From Paraspadella gotoi (lineage: Eukaryota > Animalia > Chaetognatha): a stretch of DNA of 64,000 nucleotides. The notes below the pieces were generated by a model. The model did not search any database. It had not been told where the DNA came from and worked only from the letters and a program-made list of their open reading frames with translations. Numbering within the stretch: position 1 is the stretch's first letter; each line of letters begins with the position of its first letter. The translations under genes were made by a program, and so were the position numbers. Positions 1-11,500 of this stretch are shown here, piece by piece. Where the stretch lies: NCBI GenBank assembly GCA_051294375.1, contig CM119267.1, positions 23,065,486 to 23,129,485 on the forward strand, read 5' to 3'.

Positions 1-1428
1 ATTGATTACGTCTATTTGTATTGCGATTCATGTGGCTAATATTAATTGTGTTTGACTAGTCATGATTGTGTAATATTCTTTTTTTTCTCTTAATTTCTTT
101 TCCTCTACTCCTAAATAGTCCAGCTAAAAAATAAAAACAGCTCCGACGACGTTTAACCGAAGCAGCGTTGCTCTTTTATTTCGATAAAAGAATTACGCGT
201 TGTTTCAGTGAGCGTTCGTCGCGACATTTTCCGCGTTGTCGTCGGTTTTTCGAACTACGCCGTCCGTGGGAGATTACGACCGTGCATATAACTACAATAA
301 TATCTACCTATATATGCTGTACGCTGCATCATTAATTTTATGATATTCCGAATTTTAAATTGATGAAATAAAATGTTCCATTGTTGAACTGTTTTTACTT
401 TAATGAACATGAAACATTACACAACGAGATACAGATAGTTGATATATGTATTTACAAGCAACTCCGTGCAATTACATAATTTAAAATGAAAATCTATCTT
501 AAAAAATCATCATTGGTTTTTAATTGAAACCCGTTTTGGTGACAACGTTGGTCTGCCTCCTTGAGCGAGAAATCCAGCCAAACAAGTTATCTCGACATCC
601 AGGCCCGAAAAAACATAGGAAACAATAATTTCTGTCGCCACCGTATTGTCGCTAAAAATTCCAAGAAGAAATCCAAATAATAATTATTTTTTTGGGTAAG
701 TTGCGAAAGTATAAAAATTGTTGTTAATTAAGTCCGCTTAATTTAATTGATAAATAAGGTCAAATATGCCAAATATGAAGGGAAAAGGCCGGATTATTAG
801 CTTTATTCTATTGGTTGTGCAATGTGCATGCCGTTCTTTTTCGCCCCCGTTTTTTGTTGCATAAACTATAATGTTAACTATAAAGCTTAAAAACAAAATA
901 AATTACGAAACAAACGTTGCCCCTTAGTAATTTTATAGTATTAACTCTTCCTACGAGAGAGGGTAAAATGCAAAATTCGGTGTGGGCGATTAATAATATG
1001 ATAAAGAAAAAAGCGAAAATAAAAAAAGAGAATTAAATCTCCCCGCGAAGATTTAATCTTTCAACTTTAGCGAAAAGATTTTTAAACAAAAAAAATCTCT
1101 TTTTTTTCTAAAGCTTTCATTTAAAAGTAAAAAAAAATAAGGGTTCAAAAATTCCCGAAATGAAAAAGAATATAATGCCCAAATAAACAAAGTACTTTTT
1201 AATCTTTTTAACAAAGTACTTTTTAATCTTTGGAACATACGTTGTTAAAAAATCCGATTTTATTAAGTTTAAGCGAAGTATATTCGTTAAAAGCTTCGCT
1301 TATAACCGAATAGAGTCAATAAATTGTGACAAAAAAGATATCGTTGAATAACTATTGTTATTATTTCCAATAATAGTATCAATCAGTACCGAATTATCTT
1401 AAGTACTGACAGTAATTCCCCAATTAAA

Positions 1429-1590
1429 CGGGGTTAGCGCGAACGCAGACCCCACTATCACAAATTATGCTCCCGAGTTTCCCACATTTGGGGAAATCGC
1501 AAGGGTCAGCCCAACCGAAGTGCAATGGAAGGGCCTCGCCCTGGGGGAACCTCCTTGCTGATCAAGGTATCCCCTGAGCCAGGTAAGTAT
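1429..1590 (-). ncRNA. U1: U1 spliceosomal snRNA
   Basis: Reverse complement begins ATACTTACCTGG, contains the U1-70K loop (GATCA), the U1A loop ATTGCACT, Sm site AATTTGTG and terminal stem-loop with GCGTTCGCGC; about 162 nt. Confidence 0.97.
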
Positions 1591-2097
1591 GCTCTACCGA
1601 GAAAATCGCGAGTCTTTGTTTCTGCACTGATTTTTTTGCATGTTAAGTGTCGAAATCGAACCTTTATCATTGTCCCAAAAAGAACTTATGCAACCTGAAT
1701 TTTTTTTTTTTCAATTGAGTCGTTTCCTACTATTTCAGAATAGGTTTTAATTTAGTAATAAATTTCTAAAAATATATACCGATAGTAAATTATTTTTTTA
1801 CTTTATAAAGAGAAATTTGTTTCCAGAGAATAACACTTAGACTTAATATGAAAATTACGTTCGAGATTGAGACATCGAAAAAAAAACAAAAGATTGTTAC
1901 TTGTCTAACCGACTAACGTTATAAATAATATCTTTTTAAATAATCGCACGAACTCCATTACCTAAACAAAATACGTATATATGAAGAGTAAACAGTCATA
2001 AATTCTTTGCGGGGTCATTAATTACAGAATCACAGATACTAAATCAAATCAAACCTACCGTTTAGGGTGATAGCGTTGCAATCCGATAATGATCACG

Positions 2098-2122
2098 TGT
2101 ATGTATGTATGTATGTATGTAT
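2098..2122. repeat. (TATG)n microsatellite
   Basis: About six tandem TATG units read directly. Confidence 0.9.
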
Positions 2123-3132
2123 TTAAATTTTGAAAACATGATTTTGTGTATTTACGTAAAAAATTCGTTTTGTTTCCAGCAGGAGAATGCGACTGGAATT
2201 GATTGCTTACACTTCTTGGTCGATGCGTCGAAAACGATGCCTGAAAACGTGACACTTCCCCTTCCACAGTGATCGAAATTTAAGATCAAAGACATCAAAA
2301 ACTTTCAAAGAATTCATTTGGAAAATGAAATTTCATAATAAATGATTAATTTTTTCATTCTTTACAAAGTTCCTCCCTTCTTCCCCACGTGTTTTGGCGA
2401 TGTTTTGAGAGAGATAGCTTGTTTTACGAGACTGCGTAACTGTAATATTGTTCCTTTTTCTTTCTATTTTAATTATATCGCATTATCGATTGGTAAATTT
2501 TTTTTGTGTTTCCAAGTATTGGCACCTCTGTAAAAACTCTTAACCAAATTTCTGAGTATATTTTTAAAACCGACCGTTCTACCCTATTCAGTTTTGACTG
2601 TTATCCATTTTCAATCTTCATCCATCATTGATGATTCGTACACTATTACATTCATTTTGTAGGTTTGCTCTTTGCCTCTGAGAATACTGAGTTTCGACCT
2701 TGAAGACTATCGGTGATTCAAGAAAGTTAAGCAATAGGTAAAAAAAAATAATATTTTTAGAGAAAACACTATCAAAATGGTTTAAGATATCAAACGGTTA
2801 ATACTGAAAAGATGGAACAATAATTCTGAAAAATTTAGCAGTCCCCAGAGCTTCGGATGAGGCGAGTAAACTGGTCCGTCACAATTAACTGCTGGTGGCA
2901 GTTAATCAGTAGGTTGAGAATGGTGCAATGACCAATGACCAATTTTAATCCACCGTACATCATCATTTCCCTCCGGAGAAGTCTGTTATCTCTACTAGGC
3001 AATGTTGACAATGCTGCCAATGTTGCATCGCAACCACTTAGCGCCTTATCCACAATTATCTCAATTTTTGTTTATTTTAGGATTTCACGTGCGATGGAAT
3101 TTTCGTCGATTAAGAAATAAAAGAGAGACAAT

Positions 3133-3399
3133 ATGGAAGGAACCTTGCTTTTCATGGTGATGTTGGGAGTGGTTTCGCTCGTCAGCGCCTTCATTTGCGG
3201 CGCGGGCGTCTGCGTGGAAAGACGGTGGACGTCCTCGACTCCAAAGCCAGCTTCGGACCGGAAGGAACATGACGTTGGTCTGCCTAACGCGAATCTCCCG
3301 ACCTACGAGCAGGCCGTCGCCGCCTCGCCCCCCTTTCCCGAGCTTTTCTTGAAGGTTTCCGGCGCCGGATTCGATGAGCCGCCGGCTTACGTTTTGTAG
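3133..3399 (+). CDS. Small single-pass membrane protein with PY motifs (LPTY, PPAY)
   Basis: 88-aa GC-rich ORF in AT-rich background; N-terminal hydrophobic segment, juxtamembrane cysteines, LPTYEQA and PPAY motifs; splice acceptor TTTTAG at about 3080 upstream. Confidence 0.7.
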   Translation: MEGTLLFMVMLGVVSLVSAFICGAGVCVERRWTSSTPKPASDRKEHDVGLPNANLPTYEQAVAASPPFPELFLKVSGAGFDEPPAYVL

Positions 3400-3565
3400 A
3401 CGCCACTGAAGGCCTGACGAGGATGGTAGATTTCCATGGTATTTAGTAGAGTGGAGCACTAGGGAACAAAAATTTTATTTTATTTTGAGTGAACAAACAA
3501 GGATATTTAGATGTAAGATAGTATGATTAAGGAGTTAAAAAATATTTTGCTTATATTGTTTGTGG

Positions 3566-3998
3566 AACAGTATCATTAATTATAATATATTTATAATAAT
3601 ATCCTTATAAAATAATAAATTTTCAAAATAATTTTTAAAAAATTTTATTAAAGATTCTGATTCTGATTCTTCATAAAAAGTTAGATCAAAAATATAAAAT
3701 ATGTTATTAAAAATTTCAATGTTTTTAGAGTCAAAAATGGAAAAAAAATCAAATTTTTTACTTTTTTACGCTTTATAGTAAAAACTATTATATGATGGAA
3801 CGTTTTGGTCCTTTTTCGCAGCTTTAACCTAAAAATATCATGTATAATATTTTTATACAATAATACAATAACAATGTAAAGTTTTTCAGTCTTTTCCGGC
3901 GAATCCGAAACTATTTTTAAAATTAGAAAAATATGATTTAAAAATTTTATAACTTTATAAGGATATTACTATAAAAAAATTTAATTAATGACACTGTT
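3566..3998. mobile_element. AT-rich MITE-like element with imperfect terminal inverted repeats
   Basis: Left AACAGTATCATTAATTA...ATCCTTATAAA matches the reverse complement of right TTTATAAGGATATT...TTAATGACACTGTT over at least 45 nt; no coding capacity; target-site duplication not clear. Confidence 0.6.
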
Positions 3999-4101
3999 AT
4001 ACAATTTTTTTTTAAAAAGGGCTTAATTATTTTTTATTACATGTACAAAGGCAGCAAAAAAACATTGTTTCATCGCTCAATCTTTACATCACTCCACCCT
4101 A

Positions 4102-4383
4102 GTATTTAGTGTTTTGATGAATTAAAGACTTCCTCGTTCTCTTTTTTTCAGTACTTCTTAACAAACCTATTACAAAGTATCATAATAATGATTACGGTCT
4201 TGAAGGTTTCCGGCGCCAGATTCGATGAGCCGCCGGCTTACATTTTGTAGACGCCACTGAAGACCTGACGAGTATGGTAGATTTCCATGGTATTTAGTGT
4301 TATGATAAATTAAAGACTTCCTCGTTCTCTTTTTTTCTTTACTTCTTAACAAACCTATTACAAAGTATCATAATAATGATTAC
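4102..4383 (+). repeat. Local duplication: about 90-bp direct repeats flanking a 100-bp copy of the 3' end of the PY-motif gene
   Basis: 4102-4194 repeats at 4290-4383; 4197-4298 is a near-identical copy of about 3346-3447. Confidence 0.9.
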
Positions 4384-5737
4384 AAAATTGTTCAGCTTCG
4401 CTTTAAATCTAAATAAACCTAAGCTTAAAAAATAAATTTTCTCATGTGAAGTTTAACATGCAACTAAAAAGACAGGTTTTTTATGTTTTAAAAACATAAG
4501 TTAATATTAATTAAAGAATTTGAAAGTTTTACTGTATGTATTCTTTGTTTTCGGTTAAATAAAAAAAAATTCTTACTTGATAATTTGAAATTACTGACTG
4601 ATTGCTAATTCGGTTGTGAGTGCCAAAATCTGGCGTTCTATTATTCTGAATAAAAATCGGAGACCTGCGTCGCGGGAGACGAAGCCACTGAAATCAATGC
4701 GAGTATTGTTCAATGAACAATGGGGAAACAAATATAAAAAACGATGACAATGCTCCCGCAGCTACCATCAGCTCCATTGTTATCCAGTTGTAAAGAACAT
4801 AGTTGGTAATCTGTTTTACATGCTAAACTATCTTTCTCATAAATATAAGTAATTGGTATAACCAAAATATATTTTTAAATACATTTTTTAAAGTTTTTGG
4901 AAGTTAAATCTTTATCGATACGATACTATCGATAGCAGTTTCGTTATTCAATATTGAGATTTTAACCACAAACTGATTTATGGAAAGGGGGAATACCGAG
5001 GAATCCGTCGACAAGCAGACGTCGAAGCCAGAACTGCAATAATTGAAAGAGCGTGGTCGTCGTGGTTGGGCTTCCTCTCCCTCCTCCTCCTCTTTTCCCT
5101 CCTCCTCTTCCTCCTCCTCCTCTTCCTCATTCAAATTTTTCCGCGTCTCAGATTTTGTTTTGTTCTGACGTCACGACAGCGACGGCGACGGCGTCTGTAA
5201 ACAAAGACCCCGAGTTTTTCCGGCGCATTCCAACTTTCCTTGACGATTTTTCGCGATTTCTTCGTCAAATTTTTACGAAATCACGTTAACGATTACATTT
5301 TCCTTTTTATTTTGATATTCGTTTTGCGAAGGGTAATTTCGGAAATAAATTAAATATGAAAATTTTCAAATTACTTGTTTCACTATTTTTTATTTTTTAT
5401 TTTTATATTTTATGAAAGATTTACCATTTAATCTATATTCTTTAAATATATATATATTGCTTTCTTAAAAATTTTTTACTTATCATTATATCTAATAACT
5501 CATTTTGGGAATGGGAAGTCAGTGTTGTCTTCTGGAAATAGAGGGAGCATCTACACAACACAAGGTTAGATTACAATCTGTCCTAGTTTTCTAATAGATA
5601 TCACACATCATTCCTGTTAGAAAGTCATTAATGAAAAATCATAATATCTAATAGGCTGAACAGAAAGGGGTGGGAATGGATAATTTTTTGATGGGGGACC
5701 AAAGTTATATATGATCTTTTTTAAAAACTAATAGGGA

Positions 5738-5768
<31 letters not shown>

Positions 5769-5913
5769 CGAAAAAGTTTTTTTTCTTGGAAATCTTTGAC
5801 CCGGTTTAAAACACAATTTTTGACACCAGCGTTTTCTTAACAATATCGAAATCATTCCGTTTTCAGTTCGTACGTAAATTTAAAGAAATAAATAAAAATT
5901 AAGACAATTCATA

Positions 5914-8121
5914 ATGGCGGCTTTGAAAGGAGCGAAACGAGTTTTGCCCGAAGACCTGGAAAACGTCGAATTCGAAACAAGCGAAGATGTGGAGGTCACG
6001 CCCACCTTTGACGGAATGGGGCTTCGTGAAGTGAGTAGGGACCGTTAATTTTTATTTAGTATTAAGTTAAAACTCACGTGCGATTTGTGTTATATCCAGG
6101 ACCTGCTCCGCGGGGTTTACGCGTATGGTTTCGAAAAACCATCAGCCATTCAACAGAGAGCCATCAAACCAATCGTCAAAGGTGATGGTTTCACAGCCTC
6201 TCTCACAAATGAGTCGAAACTTACCAGCTTATCCTACTTGATTCTTTAAACCTTTCAGGACGCGATGTCATCGCTCAGGCGCAATCCGGCACCGGAAAAA
6301 CAGCCACATTTTCTACAGCGGTACTGCAGACTCTGGACATTCAGGTCCGCGAGACGCAGGCGTTGATTCTGGGCCCCACGCGAGAGTTGGCAACACAAAT
6401 TCAGAAAGTGATCTTGGCGCTGGGAGATTACATGTCGGTCCAGTGCCACTCTTGCATCGGCGGCACAAACATCGGCGAGGACATCCGGAAGCTCGACTAC
6501 GGGCAACACGTCGTCGCTGGAACCCCCGGAAGGGTGTTCGACATGATCCGTCGAAGGAATCTCAGAACTCGGGCTATCAAGATGTTGGTCAGTTTAGTTA
6601 ATAAAAATATATGCCTGAGTTTCTGGCCTATCTATTACCCAATAAGCAATATCCATAGTTTGTTAAGCCCTGACGACCAATAATCTCAGCGTACCCTTTT
6701 TTTTATAATCCATAAATCCATATAAAATCGAAAGTTGTACGTAATTAATTTAGATTGTAACTTAGATCATAATTGATTATTCTACCTAGTTTCTTGGGTT
6801 ATTTTGAAGCCATAATTAAGTTGTAAAAACATTATCAGGTTCTCGACGAGGCGGACGAGATGCTGAACAAAGGATTCAAGGAACAGATTTACGACGTCTA
6901 CCGTTATTTGCCGCCCGCCACTCAAGTCGTCCTCATCTCGGCCACGCTCCCCCACGAAATTCTCGAGATGACCAACAAATTCATGACCGGTTGGTAGTTG
7001 TTCTTCCCAGAGGCGTTCAGGGTTGTTTTAGTAGATTGTACGTACTTGAAATTATCTGAAAATGAGAATAGCCTAATCGGCGTTTTCTTGTTTTTTTTTT
7101 TACTGTAACGTTTTCTTTTCTTCCTCCGCAGATCCCATCCGCATTTTGGTCAAACGTGACGAGTTGACCCTCGAAGGCATCAAGCAGTTCTTCGTCGCCG
7201 TGGAGCGCGAAGAGTGGAAGTTCGACACCCTCTGCGATCTCTACGACACTCTCACCATCACGCAGGCCGTCATTTTCTGCAACACCAAACGAAAGGTGAA
7301 AAAAGTCATCAGCGTCGTTGTTATACATACGGGGACCGACTTTTAAAAAAAAAATATTTTGGAATTAATCAACATTAAGCATTAAAAATTAAGCAAAAAT
7401 TCGTTTTCTTCAATTTTATCTGAGACTTTTTTACATAGGTGGACTGGTTGACGGAGAAAATGCGTGAAGCCAACTTCACCGTGTCGTCGATGCACGGCGA
7501 CATGCCGCAAAAGGAGAGAGAGGCCATCATGAAGGAGTTTAGATCGGGTTCGTCGTCGTTGTTGTTGTTGAAATTTGAATAATAAATGGTACAATCACCT
7601 CATTTAAACATTTAATCGTTTTCAAACTCAGGCGCCACCCGCGTTTTGATCACTACCGACATTTGGGCGCGAGGCATCGATGTTGCACAAGTCTCCCTCG
7701 TCATCAACTACGACTTGCCGAAGTATGTTTAGCATATACTTTTGATGTATATACTATGTATTAAACTATTATGCTTTTAGATTTTGTATAATATGTTTAA
7801 GCGACAAGTATTGATGTCAGAAACTTTTTTTCTCCTGTAGTCAATCAATCATTAGCTAACATTTCTTTCTTGCATTTCCAGCAACCGTGAGTTGTACATT
7901 CATCGTATCGGCCGGTCGGGTCGCTTCGGCCGCAAGGGTGTCTCCATCAACTTCGTCAAAAACGACGACATCAGGATTTTGAGAGATATTGAGCAGTACT
8001 ACTCCACGCAGGTGCGCGCGGGAGATGGCGCTTAAAATGGGATTTCAATTTTTCAAACGTTAAAAATTTCCTGTTTCCTCAGATCGACGAAATGCCGATG
8101 AACGTGGCCGATTTAATTTGA
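5914..8121 (+). CDS. EIF4A3: DEAD-box RNA helicase eIF4A-III (exon junction complex), multi-exon
   Basis: Spliced exons give [75 protein letters not shown] and C-terminal [12 protein letters not shown]-stop. Confidence 0.97.
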
Positions 8122-8529
8122 AACTGGACATTCGCTTTTAACTTCTTAATGGAATCCCACTTTCCTTCATTCGTCGCATTTTTGTTGGTTTTCTCGCGAC
8201 CAGAAGATTTAGAAACACCCATTCCACGTTTTCCAGTCGAATAAATTTTCATTGTTAATCGATTCTTTTTAAATTACTGTACCGTAGTTTGCTGTATTTA
8301 GATTTTAATGGTCGACGTTGATGGAAATTGGCTTCCATATAATCTCTTCTTACATTTTCGTTCTTCGCGCGTTCTTAGCAAGCGCACGATTGTGTTTCTC
8401 CCTCGCAGTCGCCCTATGTTCGTGTTACTTTGAAATCTAAAATCGTATCAGTTTATCATAGAAAAAACTTAAAAAAACTAAACTAAGAAGCTTGTTCGAT
8501 GCTTTCATCGAAAGGGCGTGTCGTTAATC

Positions 8530-11500
8530 ATGTCTCAGAACATTAGCGTCACCATTGTCCTGGGTCAATGGTCTCGACGGATTTCGGCCGATAGTTCTAT
8601 GGCTAACGAGCGGAACCATCTCAGCGAGGAGGCCTTGTCAAATCCGGCCATCGCTAGCAAGCCGATGACCCACGAGTGGCGCGTTTACGTCACTGGAAAA
8701 GACGGCGACGAAAAGTTCAGCCAATTCGTCGAGAAGGTCGTCTTTTACTTGGACCGTACCTTCGCCAATCACAAGCGGGTTTCCAAAGTGAGCCTTGGAT
8801 TTTTAAGTTTGAACAAAGCCCTGATGAGCTTAACCGTTTTGTATTCATATTCGTCTTTATTTTCGCAGTCACCGCCATTTCAAGTGCAGACCTTGGGATG
8901 GGGGAACTTCGATATTCCTCTCGAAGTCTACTTTCGAAGCAAAAGTAAGTGTGTTGTAAGACAAAAGGATGAAAAGATCTAAAATGGCCTTTTCTCCCAA
9001 CAATCGACAGACCAAGAGCCGAGGAAGATTCGTTACATTTACAAACTTCTTCTCATGGACGAAACTTCTGAAAAGTTCGAGAGATGGGAAAGAATAACGT
9101 TTAGAAAACCGCCGGAAGAATTTAGGTGAGTTTGTTTGAAGATAATTGCCTGTAAATTTTCTTGGTTATATTTTTTCAAAAGATGTGAATAAATTGTCCT
9201 AATCAATATGGTGTGTCCTGAGCGATAAGTTTAAATACTGAAGTGTCCCAGGCAAGATCTTTCAATTCTTTTTTGTGTATACTTCTGTGCAGAGAACTGC
9301 TACTGGCCAGCGGCGGCACGCTAGTTGAAGACGGCCGAGAATCTATTCATAACTCACCAGCTTCGTCGTCTCAGCCCTCACCTGCTTCCTCCAGTAGAGT
9401 AAGCACTCCATTATCAATTTTAATCATCTCCGATGCTCTGAAATCCTTTCTTCTATCTTTAGCCTAGCCCGTACGCCAACAAGACACCAGCGAGTCTAAT
9501 GCAGAAGCCAGTGTCTCAGTCCAAACCAAAATCTGAGACGGTCGCCGACGATTTCTCTGACGTCTTCGGTCCGCCCGTCAAGAAAGTGAGTCGTTTGTCA
9601 TGCAATAGTTGGTCGCGAAGCCATACGCGGCTCTGGAAATATTGTTCAATCACCTCCTTGTATCATTTCAGGTTTCGAGCGAGCAGAAGAGTAGCAAGAA
9701 GCCGAAGAACTCAACTGCCTCAACGACGGCCTCTTCTGGCCCTTCCGCTCCTTCGAACGCCTCTTCGGCGCCAAGCCCCAGTCCTTCGTCCGCTTCCTCC
9801 AACAAAAGCTCCAAGTCTTCGACGTCGAAATCTTCTCAAGTCAAGACGTCCAAGTCAGAAAACGGAGAGAGTTCCAACAAGTGTGTTGGATTTATTTTAA
9901 TTTAACTTAAAATATTAAAATAATCTTTATTTCTCACACTTTTTTTATTAGAACTTCACCCAGAGGAACCAAATCTGAATCGAAACTCGATGCCAATGGC
10001 GGGGACAGGGGCGATCGAGGACGATCGCAATCCAAAAAGCGCAAGAATAATTCCGAGGAAAGATCGAGAGCGACGACTTCGTCTCCGCCCGCCGATTCGG
10101 CGAAAAGGTCGGTATTAATGATATATCCAACTTGTAATTGTTATCAACTCTTTCTCGTCCATTTAGCAAAGAACCGAAAATCGTCAAATCGAAGTCGATA
10201 TCGAAACTGACTTCTTCGAAAAAGCCGAAGCCATCCTCTTCGCGCGCCGCCAGTCCTCGCGCCGCCCCCAAGAGTCCGCTCATATCCTCCGATTCCAGCG
10301 AAAGCGAATCTAGTCCCAGGTGAGTTTGTTTCGTTATTAAGAATTCATGTTTAGTGATAGAGATTTTTATCAAATTGTTATTATCAATCAATTCTTTTCT
10401 TTCTTCCACGGACCATAGTTCTTCCGGCTCCGACGGCAGCGACGACGATGATCAACCGAGCAAAACGACGACGACGACGACGACGACGACGAAAAGAAAA
10501 AAGAAGAGATCTGGGAATTCCGCGGCCAGTTCCAAGAAGGACTCTTCCTCCGACTCTTCCTCCCGGGATGAATCGCGATCACCTTCCCCTCCACCTACCA
10601 AGGCAAAACCAAAGACAGGAAAAAGAGGTGAGGCCTTTTTATAGGATTATAGGAAATATGAATGTCGGCCGATATTCAAAGGCCCACTTTGAATCGATAG
10701 ACCCAAGTTGGTTATTTTCCGTTCCCACCCTTGGATGCCTTGATTTCTTCGCTCACAGGCAAACCTTCGCCTTCTTCTTCATCCTCGTCGTCTTCCTCGT
10801 CGTCGTCATCGGACTCTGATTCGGCGGGGTCTCCGCCTCCGCCTCCGCCGCCTGCAAAGTCACCAAAAGGTCATTTTTATTTTTTATTTTTATCTTCGTT
10901 GACGTTGATTTTGCCATCTTTATTCTTTAACGTTGTCCTTCCATTTCAAGGCGCCTCAAGATCCAAGCCAAAGAAAGATCGGACGCGGCGATCGTCCTCT
11001 CCTCGCGGAGAAGTCAAGGAAGTCGTCGTCAAATCAAAACCCAAAACGAAGGAGAAGAAAGGTGAGAGAAGTCGTTTCGCGCTTTGGTTTAAATTCGTAA
11101 GCGACGAAACTTAACGACTCGCCCCGAAGACCTCCACTTGTATTTGGAAAAAAAAGGGCAATCCTGTCTTTGTATATAGAGTCGGGCATTGCATTAGTTC
11201 ACCCCGCCTATAAGCATGACACCTTCAGTCGTGACCCGGTGGCTCATAAAGCCATCAGCTCATGATCACGAGGTACCGGCTTCAATCTCAACCCGGTACC
11301 TCCCCTGCGGGATGCGCGATGACGGCCGTAAACCGTCTTGGGGCATGGAAAACCCCCAAGCCTGGTTCCAAGCCTAGGACCCGTTCCATGGCTCCTTGAG
11401 GGCTTTAAGGAGTTGCGGATAGCGCTCTTCAGCACAATTAGCCCCTTATCCACATATATGGTTTTACAGTTATATACTCGAATTCGAATTTAATTTTCCG

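Noticed and set aside
4904-5289. Poly-Glu / poly-Pro ORFs
   Set aside because: Translations of a CCT repeat, probably in the 5' non-coding region of eIF4A3.
11148-11455. Assignment as RNase P, RNase MRP, U11 or telomerase RNA
   Set aside because: Required conserved regions, Sm site or telomeric template not found; kept only as unassigned.
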